Program-made: the position numbers and the translations under genes
Source of the DNA: Octopus vulgaris
Taxonomy: Eukaryota
Reading direction: 5' to 3'
DNA: 64,000 bases
Assembly: GCA_951406725.2 (NCBI GenBank)
Contig: OX597819.1
Location: forward strand, 60,264,001 to 60,328,000
The notes under the pieces: generated by a model
What the model was told of the DNA's origin: nothing
Seen by the model: only the letters and a program-made list of their open reading frames with translations
The model's database searches: none
Part shown: piece after piece, positions 26,660-39,474 of the stretch
How positions within the stretch are numbered: the stretch's first letter is position 1
Layout of the letters: each line of letters begins with the position of its first letter

Positions 26660-29070
26660 GAGAGAAAGTTTATGACTGGGGTGGTCGCCAGCACAGTATA
26701 ATCAGCCTCAGTTAAGAGTAGACAGGCTAAAGTCTTGTCAATGACATATCTAGAGATAGGGCCTTGGTAAAACCCCTGACCACTGGTGGTGGTCACATCT
26801 ACCACAAGGGGAAATGAACCTCTTTATAGAGACTTAGATGTCATAAGCCCTAACACTCATAATTTTAAAGTTTAATCTGCTTTTCATGGCTTATAAGGGA
26901 CTAAAAATACAATATTCTTCCCCCAACATTCTATGAACAGGATGCAAGTCTGTTACAAGGTAAACTTCCCAGCAACTGTTGGAACTCATTTGCAGGTAAG
27001 TGGACTGGAGCAATGTAGAATGCAGTGTTTTGCTCAAGAACACAATAAATCGCCTTGCCTGGGAATGGAAACCATGATCTTATGATCATGAGGGTAACAC
27101 TCTAACCACTAGGCTATGCACCTTCACAGAGATGGTGTCTGGAAGAAGCACTGGTAGCAGTATAACTTCAAAGTCGCTATCTTCGTATTTGTACATTATG
27201 TAAAATTCAAATCCAAAAGTGGCACGAATGAAATTGGAACTCTCAATGAAGGTTTCTTGCTTGCTAAGTGCTTTGCAACACAGCAGTACGGAGCCAGTCC
27301 TCATCCTGTTACAACTACAAAAAGTTAGTTGGAAAAAGGAACTCAACAAGTTAGGAATGGAATATTGTCAAAGAGGCGAACCAAAGAAGTGAAGATTCTG
27401 AAAAAGAATGTTGGTCCTTCTGAACGATATGGGAGTATTTAAACCCAGTGAACGGCAGCCAGCAGATTAAATATCATATCCCAGGAATGAAAAATACCTC
27501 TGAGTTAGAAATTGAAGAAATACAGATAAAGATCAGTATAGGATTCCAAGAACCAGTATATCAACATCTATAGATGAGAATAACTCTAATAATCAGAAGA
27601 ATGTGACAATCATTGCTAACCAGAAGAAAACAACACATTCAGCTGAAAGAGGAGCAAGATCCAGTATACAAGAAGAAAGGGAATTTGATGTGCATATCTT
27701 TCGTGAAGAACAATTAGAAAATACTGAGAGAGAAACTAAAGGAATCAGAGGCCTTTGAATCAGTTGATCTGAGGACTATGGATCAAACCAAGGAGAAGGA
27801 AAAATGTAAATAAACAAATGAAAGTAAATAGTGTGATTAATAAGATAACTTGTGGAAACGTTAAAGTTATCAACACAGTGATATTATTGGGTGCTAATGT
27901 AGCAGTATAAAGGAAAAAGAAAGAAAAAAAGGACAGACCTTTTTTCCTTGAGAAAAAGGTCTGTCCTTTAGTATAGTAGTGGAAACTAGTGGCTTTATGA
28001 AGGATATAATTATTCCAGACCAGTGGAAGCAGAGTAAATTAATGAAAGAAGAGAAAGGTAGATTAGAGAGTTGTGTCATGTGAGGAAAAACAGGAATTGA
28101 GACTCATTTAAAAATTAAAGCAGAAAATAAAGGTAAACACTGCCAAAATCAGAATACATAATGAAAGAAAGAACCAACAAAATCACCTTTTTCTATCAAA
28201 CCAAAAATTCGTATTTGATATTCTGCAAGGAAATGGGAGAAATGATAACATAAGACTGAATGCTTAAGAAAGTTGGGAGTCGCATGCCTTCCCTGTCACC
28301 AACCCACACTTATTTCAAGACTAGCAGTATCGCCCGGCGTTGCTCAGGTTTGTAAGGGAAATAACTATAAAGCATTTTTAGAGAGTTATAGCCAAAAAAT
28401 AGCAAAAAAATGGGAAAAAAATTATGGTAAATTTTTTTTGAGAGTTAAAAAAGGTCGAGTTGCGTCCCCTAGACAGTCTGTGGTTTGTGTTTCTAATTCT
28501 CGACCCCATGTCGAATTTATCGATTTTTTTCAGAACTGGGGGAACTTTTCAAAATTTTCGCTGCATTAGTTTTGAATTATGACATTGGGCTATGTGTGTG
28601 TCAAGTTTCATCAGAATCGGTTGAAAGCCGTGGTCAGGGTGAAGGTACAACCAAACAGACACACAGAAACACACACAGACAAACTGCCGTTTATATATAG
28701 AGAGATATGCTTTCACAGAAATGCTGTGAAGCATTTTCTCTGACAAGCTAATGAATAAGCCAGATCACAACCTCAAATAATGGCTTCAAATTTTAGCAAT
28801 GGCCAGCAATTTTAGGGGAGAGAGACAGTCAATTACATCAACACAAGTGATGAACTGGTACTTTATTCTATCAATGCCAGAGGAATGAAAGACAAAGTTA
28901 ATGTTAGCTGGATTTGAACTTAGATTGTAAAAGCTAGAAGAAATACCATAAAGCATTTTGTCCAATTCTCTAATGATTTAGCCAGAGAAAATTGAAAACG
29001 ATTTATAACAATGAAAAAGATAAAGAAGTTATTGCTGATCCATGGCTCTCAAAGTTCATAACAAAAATAA
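26660..29070 (+). pseudogene. Highly decayed N-terminal part of an R4/Dong-like ORF with nested insertions
   Basis: Fragments KVSWKKELNKLGMEY...KRML...SERQPAD...SELEIEEI (~27320-27530) and LKQKIKVNTAKIRIHNER..QQNHLFLSNQKF (~28115-28210). Confidence 0.55.
28321..28705 (-). mobile_element. Non-autonomous Helitron (chimeric ends)
   Basis: Minus: A|TCTCTCTATATATAAACGG ... cctgagcaacgccggg cgatactg CTAG|T. Confidence 0.82.
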
Positions 29071-29436
29071 CAAGAGCAATCAGAGAGCACAAACCTCTGC
29101 CAAGGCAACACCAATGTCCTCTCAACGATTAACCAGAGATGATTTTTAAAATGAGAATATCTGAAATAAACTCGACTGTTCTCACAAACGAGAATACTAA
29201 AGATGAACCCGACTGCTCTCAAAAATTAAGTAAAAAAATGGAAAAATAATCCAGACTCCTTGTCTGGTACCAGATCAATCCCCAAATCTAATCAGTCTGT
29301 GCTAGTCACAAGGGCAAACATCTCTGAAAGTTTCAACTAAATCCATCCAGCAGTTCTTGAGATATCTTATCCATGAACAAACAAACAAACATGACTGAAA
29401 ACAATACCTCTGCCTTTGCTAAGGCGGATGTAATAA
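29068..29436 (-). mobile_element. Helentron-associated (HINE/DINE-1-like) element
   Basis: Subterminal repeats acctctgcc (29093 and 29407), palindrome acctctgcctt-tgct-aaggcggatgt, an internal (AAAC)n tract, and T-rich flanks on the minus strand. Confidence 0.6.
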
Positions 29437-30086
29437 TAAAGAAACACATAATAACTTCCATTCTAATGGAACACATATCTCAATATTTATAGTAAATATT
29501 CATTGTTGTCATCATTTTAATGACCACTTTTCCATGTTTGCATGGGTTGGACAGAACTTGTTGATACAAATTTTCTATTACTAAATGCCTTTCCTGTTGC
29601 CAACCATCACTTGTTTCAAAGCAAGGTAATATTTTCTCATGGTCAGATGTATTTTCACAGAAGATTAGAAACTTAGAACTCCACTTGCATGAAAGCATTG
29701 TTTGTTTATGTGATGTGAAGATCAAGAGATACATACACATACACCAATGCACAGCATCATCATTCAATGTCAGTTTTCCATGCTGGCATGGGTTGGACGG
29801 CTTCACAGGAGCTGGCCAGCCAGAGAGTTGCACCAGGCACCAATTGTCTGCTTTGGTATGGTTTCTACAGCTGGTTGCCTTTCCTAATGCCAACCACTTC
29901 ACAGAGTGTACTGGCACCAGCACAGTTTTACATGACACTAGCATGGGTGCTTTATACATGGCACCAGCACAACACATACATATACAGGGTGATTGAAAAG
30001 TAACTCCCTGTTTTAAAATACTTATTAGTTGTAATTTTTGCAAAAAAAATGGATATGAGAGTAAAGCTTCTAATATGAGGTTTTAA

Positions 30087-30248
30087 AGTGCAGGAGTGGC
30101 TGTGTGGTAAGTAACTTGCTTACCAACCACATGGTTCTGGGTTCATTCCCACTGTGTGGTACTTTGGGCAAGTGTCTTCTACTATAGCCTCGGGCCAACC
30201 AAAGCCTTGCGAGTGGATTTTGTAGACAGAAACTGAAAGAAGCCCGTC

Positions 30249-30280
<32 letters not shown>

Positions 30281-30500
30281 ATGTATGTATGTGTGTGTTT
30301 ATGTTAGTGTGTCTGTGTTTGTTCCCCCAACATCACTTGACAATCGATGGTGGTGTTTACATCCCCGTAACTTAGTGGTTCTGATAGAATAAGTACTAGA
30401 CTTCCAAAGAATAAGTCTTGGGGTCGATTTGCTCGACTAAAGGTAGTGCTCCAGCATGACCACAGTCAAAATGACTGAAACAAGTAAAAGAGTAAAAGAG
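30087..30500 (+). mobile_element. SINE family A, full length
   Basis: gcaggagtggctgtgtggtaag ... gactgaaacaagtaaaagagtaaaagag. Confidence 0.9.
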
Positions 30501-31119
30501 TACTGTTTGGTGGTGTGTAGAGGCAACCATTGGTCTGTTGGTTATGTGATGTTCATACAGCAATGATGTAGGCAGGCCTCTTGTGGAGATGAAAGCTGGT
30601 GTCAGATTCATCATTGCCAGAGATGAGTTGCGTGTGATCAGTGGCATGTGCCAAAGACATAGTACAGCCAAGAACTGCCGTTCTCATAAAGACCAGGAGG
30701 CTCCCAGGGCTGGTGATTAATTTCCTGCATAAGGTAAAATGAACTGTTGTGCCAATGTGATTGGACAGTTGGAAACCCATCCATACGAACAACAAGTTTG
30801 GCTAATCACAAGGTCATATGACCTGCTTGAACAAAAAGGCCTGTGGAGCTGATATCTCTGTATTTAAGCCTAAATGACTCTCAACAAAAACATCTCTCAC
30901 ATAACGACAGTATAAATCATCTGCTCTGCTCTGTCTGCAAAAAAAAAAAAATGTAGCAAGATGGTTGTTGTTAGAATGCCTTTGGTCATAAACCTGGGCT
31001 CTATCAGTGCCAGCTAAGGATTAAACAATAACAACCGACAATTTCTTTTGTTATTAGTTTAATATTTATATTTTTCTTACTCCATTACTGCATATTATTT
31101 ACATAACCTGTGTGAGAAT

Positions 31120-31167
<48 letters not shown>

Positions 31168-31240
31168 TAATCTGTAGTTTGATGAATAACTATTTAGAGA
31201 AAAAACACAGTTAATGTAATATATCAAAACTTTTGGGTTA

Positions 31241-31865
31241 TCTATATATATAAAACTGTAGTTGTGTGAGTGTCTGTCTCCTACGATTTAGATTCCTAAC
31301 CACTCCCACATTTTGCGGTGCAGTTTAACCAAATTCGGGTATCTTATAGTCGTAATTCATATCGAGCCCGTCTGGCTATTAGCGCGCGTCTACGATGAGT
31401 CTACGATTTTAAAAATAATTTAACATAATTTTTTATTCCATTTTAATGCATAATTTTTCGTGTGTCGATGGCGGCGGAGTTGGCATCCACGCTCACACCT
31501 GCACCTATAGGGAAGGGAGTGTAAGGAAATCAACGTCGTAAAGCGTTGTCAAGGAGACCAGCGTTCTTTTAGAACAACGACTTCATGGCTTGAAGACACT
31601 AAAACAGAAATGGCTAAGAAAGCGTCTACGATGAGTCTACAATTTAAACAAAAATTTACCATCATTTTTTCCATTTTAATGCATTTTTTCGCTATTATAT
31701 AAGGGAAGTAACTCTCTAAAAATGTCTACGATGAGTCAACGATTTAAAAAAAATTACCATCATTTTTTATTCCATTTTTAATGCATTTTTTTGCTATAAC
31801 TCTCTAAAAATGCTTATATAGTTATTTCCCTTACAAACCCGAGCAACGCCGGGCGATACTGCTAG
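31241..31865 (+). mobile_element. Non-autonomous Helitron (family H1)
   Basis: A|TCTATATATATAAAACTG ... cccgagcaacgccggg cgatactg CTAG|T, with internal repeats of ctacgatgagtc.acgattt. Confidence 0.9.
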
Positions 31866-33270
31866 TATCTTATAAAAACATGTTAAATGAGAAACAAGAG
31901 CCATCTTATATTTTAAAAAAACCTGTGTATGATGGCAAGAGCTGTTTATGGTGGAGAATGGATGGGAACATAGAAGAGATAATGGAATAAAGAAGAAAAA
32001 AATTATTACTCAAATAAATAAAGCATTCATTACTTAATGAAAAACCCATCATGATAGCTCAGTTTGCTAGAAATAGCGGCCAAGTCACCTTCATTTTATA
32101 CCTTTCTGTTTTTAAAAATAAAAGGTGTAAAATTCTAGTGAAAGAAAGTAGAAAAAAATGTTGTTTTAGTAAATAATATATTTATTAGTTAATGAGGAAT
32201 TTTCTGAGTGGCAGTCCAATTTGTAAGAAATAATAGCCAAATCTCCCTCATATTACACCCTACTGGCTAAAAAAGGGAAAAGGTGTATTGTATTATATAG
32301 TTGTAGATACACTCTGCCTGATAGTCTTAGATGGACTGCTTTGGATCAATCAAATGTCTACCTGACCAGGACCAACCCAGGGTTATATTACAACAATGTA
32401 TCTGTGTTGTAAAATTTGATATTCTCTTTTAATGAATCCAGCTGTAAGTTTTGGCTCGTCCAGAAGAACCAGCCTATACAGAGAGTTATTGTATTCAGTA
32501 AGAATGAGCCATTCAAGCGTCAATAATGGGAGTGTAATGTAATATACTTAGAAGCAGACAGAAAATATTTTAACCTTTTCAATACCAACCCACCAGAGAC
32601 TGCCACTGCTGGTTGCATAATACAAAATCATTTGGTTTAAAGTGTTCCATAAACAAATTAAGACCTTCAATCATAATTTTATGTTAATTTATATTTCAAA
32701 TATCATGTATTTGTGCTTAAAAACAAATTAGTTATTTTAAACTAAATTCTTCTTGTGAATTATTCATTATTTTTAAATAATTAGTAATTAATAATCAATA
32801 ATCAATATTAAATTAATAGAAAGATATTGATCTCTTTGTAGATGCAAGCAGGCAGAGGTGTGTGGTAAAATAGTGCAGTCCACAACCATGTGGTTTTGGA
32901 TCCAATCACACTCTAATGCAACCTTGGATGGGTGTCTTCTATTGTAGCCCTAGGACAGACCAATGTGCTGTGAGAAGAAATGATAGACAAAAACTGTATG
33001 GAAGGCCACTCTGTGTGTGTGTGTGTGTGTATACACATACACTCCTACACACACACTCCTACACACACACACAATGTTGTTCAATGCTTAAAATGAGGAG
33101 TAGATAGACAGCCGACAACTGATGAAGGGTCGTTCTTTATATTACTTGTCCTGTTTTCCATTTGTTTCTCTCGTTGTTTGCATATTGCACTCATTAGTTT
33201 TCATGCTTCTCGTTGTTTACTGTTGGCGCCGTCCTGTACATATATATGCATATATATGTATATGTATGTA

Positions 33271-33324
<54 letters not shown>

Positions 33325-33393
33325 TATATTGTTATATTATTATTTGATTGAATGCCATGCATCCATTTCCAAGTAAGTTTTTATATATATGTA

Positions 33394-33801
33394 TCTGTAT
33401 ATATAAAAGGCAGGATGTGTGTGTATGTGAATGTAATTTATGCACGTCCACAAATTAGCACACATGTTACTCCAATTTTAGGACATTCATCATGACCCTA
33501 GCTGTATTTTCATCAATTTATTTTGACCAGAGGCACCAGCGAATAGCAGTAAAAATAAATTATCAACCAAAACTTTTAACAATTTTCAAGTCGGAGAAAT
33601 CACCATTGTTTACAAACAGGAGTCAAGTCCCCTTCTAGCGACGAGTAAGTTTTTGTTAAGACTTTTGTTGCTTTTTTTTCCATCGAGGAAAAAAGTGTTT
33701 TGTTGATATATGGGCAACACACACACATACGAACATGTATGTGTGCAAAAAACATGTACACAATAGGTGTACGTACATATGCGTATGTGTGTGTGTGTTG
33801 C

Positions 33802-33842
<41 letters not shown>

Positions 33843-33962
33843 AATTTCAACGGATTTCACCCAAAATTGATGTTGGTATTACTTAATTTGGTTTGAAATA
33901 AAGAACTTGATTAGCTTAATAATCCTAACTTAATCCCGGGCAAAACCGGGTTATACTGCTAG
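33394..33962 (+). mobile_element. Non-autonomous Helitron (other family)
   Basis: A|TCTGTATATATAAAA ... cccgg-gcaaaa-ccggg ttatactg CTAG|T. Confidence 0.78.
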
Positions 33963-34031
33963 TATATAATATATATATATATACACACATATAAGTATAA
34001 ATTATATATATATATATTATATACATATAAG

Positions 34032-34300
34032 TACATGGCTTAGTGGTTTGGGTGTTGCACTCACGATCGTGAGATTGTGGTTTCAATTCCTAGACCAGCT
34101 GTTGCATTGTGTTCTTGAGCAAAATGCTTTATCTCATGTTGCTCTGCGATCATTTAGATGCCCAACATACATCTATTCAGACAACATCGATTTGATGGAA
34201 ATAGTGAGCTAACGTGCAGCATAAACATTTGATCACTATAAACAAATCCTTTGTGCAGGTCGTTTGTCAAAAGCTGAATGCTCATACGTTGTCTCTCACG
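34032..34300 (+). mobile_element. tRNA-derived SINE (family C)
   Basis: tggcttagtggtt...gtggtttcaattcctagacc...gttcttgagcaa. Confidence 0.7.
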
Positions 34301-34314
34301 GGAGTATCCATATA

Positions 34315-34548
34315 TGAGGGGGTACTGGGAAGTTACTGAATTTAAGGGTATCACAAAAGGTCTGGCTGGAGGCTCAGCCTTCCAAGTTCTTCTACAAAGC
34401 TTAGAAAAACTGAAGGACTGCTGCAGTAAGTGTGTGAATCTGCTGCAATGAGTGTGCAATAAGTGTGTAAATGCTGAATAAAATCATAATTAACTTGTCC
34501 TCCTGTATTTTCTTTTACCCAAAGCCAGGACCTTTTCAGCACCCCTTG
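34315..34548. mobile_element. Tc1/mariner-type MITE
   Basis: Imperfect TIRs tgagggggtactgggaag / cttttcagcaccccttg, flanked by TA. Confidence 0.6.
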
Positions 34549-34593
<45 letters not shown>

Positions 34594-34594
34594 T

Positions 34595-35650
34595 TGTTAT
34601 TCTTAAACAAGAATATTATTGACAGTGACTTTACAGTTTTGGCCAGTTAAGCCATCATACGAATGTGGTTTATTAAAGTTAATCTAGGCTTTATATAATC
34701 TCTGCTGAGTTAAAAAATCTTCCTTTGGTGTGTAGGTTTGAGTGGAGTGGCAATTAGGTTTAGGCTGGATTGTTATGGAGAGGTGTTTTGGAAAAATTTT
34801 TGATTGATTAAATTTGGGGCTATGTTATTGTTTAGAATTTATTCATGTGCAATAAGTTTGTAAGCAAGTGTGCATATTTAGGTGTGTCCCTTTTGTTAAG
34901 CAGGCACAGGATATACTTGCAATTTTAGTTGTTTTTGGTTTTATCGAATTTAATCCTTTGCTTTGACAATGTAAAGGTCAAAGATACAAAGTTCAGTATT
35001 TAAAACCTTAGTAACTGGGTGTGTCGAGATTTTGTTGACATACCCTATTGCTACAACCCTTCAAACATGACCTATTTGCAATGATTAAGCAATTGAAACT
35101 CAAAAAGCAAATCAACAAATCGCAAAAAGAACTGAAACAGAAAATCAACCACAAAAAAAAACAATTCTAAATATATTTGTAAAATCAGACAAGTCAAACA
35201 ATTTCAACCAGGTAAGTAAAACCACTTATAACTGCTTGCTCTCTAATGCAAACGAAAAAAATGCAGCTTTAAACAATATAAACACCACAGCCAAAGAAAT
35301 AGTCATTAAGCTTAAAATAGACAATAGAGTAGACACATTAACACCAAAATGTCCATATATAACCATGAAAGAAGACAAACCAAACTTCAATGACAACCCT
35401 TCCATGAGACTTGTAAATCTTTCAGAACTGGACTAGGCATCATTAGTAAAAAAAAAAAAATCAGACAAATTGTCACCAAATATAAAAACAAAATCAACAT
35501 TACTTCTCTAGAATAACACTTACGAAGTAATAGACTGGCTCGACAAATTCCCAAACAAAAATGAATGTCATCTCTTCCAGTATGTCATAAGAGATTATTA
35601 TGTGTGAATAACAAAACCTATTCTTATTGCTACTTTGAACTTCACTAAAA
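34595..35650. mobile_element. Penelope-like element: minus-strand 3' end/pLTR next to a plus-strand RT remnant
   Basis: Plus 35180-35650 reads KSDKSNNF...PYITMKEDKPNFNDNPSMRLVN...NTYEVIDW...FQYVIRDYY (PLE RT). Minus 34620-34662 is a degenerate hammerhead. Confidence 0.65.
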
Positions 35651-35988
35651 CCATGCTAGGTGTTGAGAAGCTAAAGTATAATAGAGGGGACTGGCTCAGA
35701 TGTTTTGCTATAAAATAGATTAGTGGCTATCCCACATTTTATAAAGTGAGTGGGAGTAACTGGAAGGAAGACAAAGATGGTGGTGACAAGGTATCAGAAC
35801 ATATTCTCAAGGAAGGTGAGTTTAAGAGAGAATATGGACAGAGGGTTGGGAAGGGTAGCTGAATAAATACATTAGGGCATGAGAGGAGGATGACTTGATT
35901 AAAGATGGGGGTAGAATGAATGCTGTGAATGTTGAGGAAGAATGGAGATGTAGTTGATGGTAAATATCATCATGCAGAGTGTGGTGTT

Positions 35989-36540
35989 TGTGGTGTTATG
36001 GGCTGTGATGAGCTATGTGGTGTTGGTGGAGAGGATTGCAGATGAGGTAAACGGAAGTGAAGACTGCAGGGGCCGGTGGAAGAGCCACAGGGGCATGCAT
36101 GGGCAAAAAGCATGTGCAGGCAGTTCGATGAGAGACGGTAGCATGCAAGGACATGCTTATTCTTGACAGTGATCGCTCATCCCACCTAGATCAACAGGTA
36201 AGGTCTCTGTATTTCTTTCTCCCTTTTGCTTCTTTTTCTGTCGTCTTTTTCCTCCATCACCCTACAAGCTTTTTCGGCCCATAACACAGAAAAAAAAAAG
36301 CAAAAGGGAGAAAGAAATACAGAGACCTTACCTGTTGACTGAGGCGGAATGAGCGATCACTGTCAAGAATAAACACGTCCTTGCACACTGCCATCTCTCA
36401 TCGAACTGCTCGCACATGCTTTTTGCCCACACATGCCCCCGTGGCTCTTCTGCAAGCCCCTGCAGTCTTCACTTCCGTTTGCCTCATCTGCAATATTCTC
36501 CACCAACATCACATAGCTCATCACAGCCCATAACACCACA
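35989..36540. repeat. Long inverted repeat: ~250-bp arms, ~45-nt spacer
   Basis: 35989-36241 is the reverse complement of 36286-36540; differences are mostly transitions. Confidence 0.92.
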
Positions 36541-37489
36541 CAGAGGAAGGTGAACGGTATAGGAAAGCCTTAGTAAGGAATAGGTGATAAATAAGTTGTA
36601 CAGAAAAGGTGGAAAACCTGGAGTCAGATCAGAAAATAAGGGGATGATGTGGGAAAATTGGGAGAGAGAGAAATGTACAATGACAGAGACAGAATTCAGA
36701 GATACACAGTGATGGCTATAGTGAGTCGGAGACAAAGAAGTGGTGGATGCCAATGGCAGAGATGAGAGGATGTTGAGAATGACAGCAGATTTGAGAAAGT
36801 ATTGAAGATGAGGTATGGCAGTCCTAAAATGTAGTTCAGAAGAAAGAGAGATAACAGGGTGGTATAGAGAGGTGATTAGTGGAAAATGAAGTTCAAAGGG
36901 ATGACATTGAGAATGAAGGATGGAGTTTAAAAGGAAGTAGTTCTAGAGACAGTAGGAGGTAACTTGTAGCCCAAAAGAGGATGAAATATGTGCAGATTCT
37001 ACTTTCATACAACTACAGAGGCTGAATGGTGCCATAGTTAGGAGAGTGATGGAGAAATGGGTTTTAAGAAGATGGGAGGTGGGCAAGGCATGACAGAGGA
37101 CAGATTGGGTGCAAGGGTAGGGCCCAGTGAGCTTATGTATATACATTTACTGGGCCCTACCACAGCCAATGCTAGTACCCCTTGACTGGCTCCCATGCTG
37201 GTGGCACATAAAAAGCACTATTTGAACGTGATCAATGCCAGGGCTGCTTGACTGGCTCCTGTGCCAGTGGCACATAAAAAGCACCCACTACACTCTCGGA
37301 GTGGTTGGTGTTAGGAAGGGTATCCAGCTGTAGAAACATTGCTAGATCAAATTGGACCCTGGTACAGCTGCTGGTTCTCCAGACCTCAGTCAAACCGTCC
37401 AACCCATGCTGGCATGGGAAACAGACGTTAAACAGTGATGATGATGATAATGATGGAGAGTCTGCTAGTGGTTCCATTATATCTCTTGT

Positions 37490-38262
37490 GCCCATAGCTT
37501 ACATTGAGTACAGTATATGGAGTCTATATCTACTTCTTTTCTGCATAGTGACTAAGGCCATTTCCTTAAAGATTCTAGGGCTCTGTCTTCTTTCCTACTA
37601 AATAAAACCTTAGTATTTTCCAAGTTTTATGTTGAGGCCTCTTTGTTCTAGGTTTAACTTCCACGCCTAAAGTTTCCTCTCTAATTTTACTACAGATTCA
37701 ACAATGAGAATTAGATCAACAGTATTTAAGAATTCCCATGGACAGTCAGACTTAAACTCCTGAGATAGCCTGTAAGCTTATGACGAATAGGAAAGAATGA
37801 CCAATTGAACTTTGACAGATTCCTTGATTCATGCTAAATTCATTGAAATCATTATTAACCCTCTCCCTTTACTTAATACATCCTTATACATAGCTTGTAC
37901 AACTCTCACAAGCCATTCTTCTATACATATTTTTGTTAGTGACTATCACATTATCGAACATGGTACTCTATCAAATGCTTGCTCCAAGTCAAGGGATATC
38001 AGGAATAACGGCTTATTCTCAGCCAAGTATTTCTCCTGCAGCTGCCAGGTATGAAATCAACAGCATCTCATCTAGATCTATTCTGTCAAGGATCAATTGT
38101 GCTACGACTCGTTTTGTGACCTTCATAACCTGATCCAGTAGTTTGTTTCCTCCATAATTTCCACTGTCTGATGCATCATCTTTGTAACAGTATACAATGG
38201 TAACGCTTTGTCAGTCATTGGGTACATCTTACTGCATTACTTGATTAACTTATCCAGGACAC
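37490..38262 (-). pseudogene. Decayed RTE RT fragment (older relative of 8394-10150)
   Basis: Minus: GNKLLDQVMKVTKRVVAQLILDRIDLDEM ... QEKYLAENKPLF...DLEQAFDRVP. Confidence 0.75.
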
Positions 38263-38869
38263 CCTCCTGTTTTTATGTGGGTGTATGTAGATATTTTACG
38301 CACTCTCACACACACATATACACATGTGTGATATAATAACAGTAGATCGAAGACAGTCATTACAATAAGATATTTCTCAGGACTTTATAGCCTTTTCTGT
38401 GCATCATGACTTGATCTCCATGTTTTTATCTACAATGTTTCACTTCAATGAACTCTGGGAATTCATGTTGCTGCTCTCTACAAAGCCGAGAAAATAGGAT
38501 TGGGGAACCAAATATTGCAAGTCAATGTGTGTTTGTGTCTATGTGCTTATGCTTGTGTGTGTGTGTCTATGTGCTTATGCTTGTGTGCCTGTGTGCGTGT
38601 ACAAGTGTTTGTATTTATGTTTTTATTGACTTTGTACAAAGTCAATGAGTTGTATCTCTCTCTCTCTCTCTCACTTTCTTTCTCTCTCTCACTTTCTTTC
38701 TCTCTCTCTTAAGTGTAGTAACTTAACCTAGCAACTGTAATTTATTATATGATCAATAAGTATCTATTTAGTTGCACTACTGCTCCCTCTGGATGATTGA
38801 ATTACATAGTTTTAAAATATTTTGTCAATTACCTACAGAACATTATATATATATTTCACAATATATAAT

Positions 38870-39345
38870 ATATGTATATAATTTAGAGAAAAACCATTAT
38901 TAATCAATTCATAAAAGAAAGATGTAATTCACACCATGTAGAAAATATATACTATAGAAAAAACCTTATTTTAAATCAATAAAGTACAATAAATAATAAA
39001 TAGTATTTTCTAAGTTTTATTTATATAAATAAGGATAAGATCGTTATTTAAATACCAATCTTATCAGTTGGCCAACATGGGAATAAAAACCTTCAAAGGT
39101 AATAATTATTATTAAAATTATAATTTAGGGTATCTAAGAGATACCACCACGCTGGAAATAGCAGCCAAAACTTGACTCTAAAACCACATTAAATGTTCAT
39201 ACAGTACTAGGAGTGAAGACAAGAGAAAATAAACTAGGAAAAAAAAAAAAAAAAAATTACTGGATAATTCCAGATCCCAGATTTCTGACTCTGCATAAGA
39301 AATGCTCTGCCTTCCTCAGTGGAATATATTCAGATAGCACATAAA
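38870..39345 (-). mobile_element. Penelope-like pLTR region with two hammerhead motifs
   Basis: AT-rich unit bounded by (TA)n; intact motif at 39267-39325 and a degenerate one at ~39060-39150. Confidence 0.5.
39267..39325 (-). ncRNA. Type I hammerhead ribozyme motif
   Basis: Minus: AUUCCA CUGAGGA a GGC aga GCAU uucuu AUGC aga GUC a GAAAUC ugg GAUC UGGAAU; perfect 6-bp stem I and AUC cleavage triplet. Confidence 0.65.
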
Positions 39346-39443
39346 TAAAGATATATATATATATATATATACAACATACAAATACTTACATATACAAATG
39401 AATACATACATATATATGGGCGTATGCACACGATCAGCTTAAA

Positions 39444-39474
<31 letters not shown>

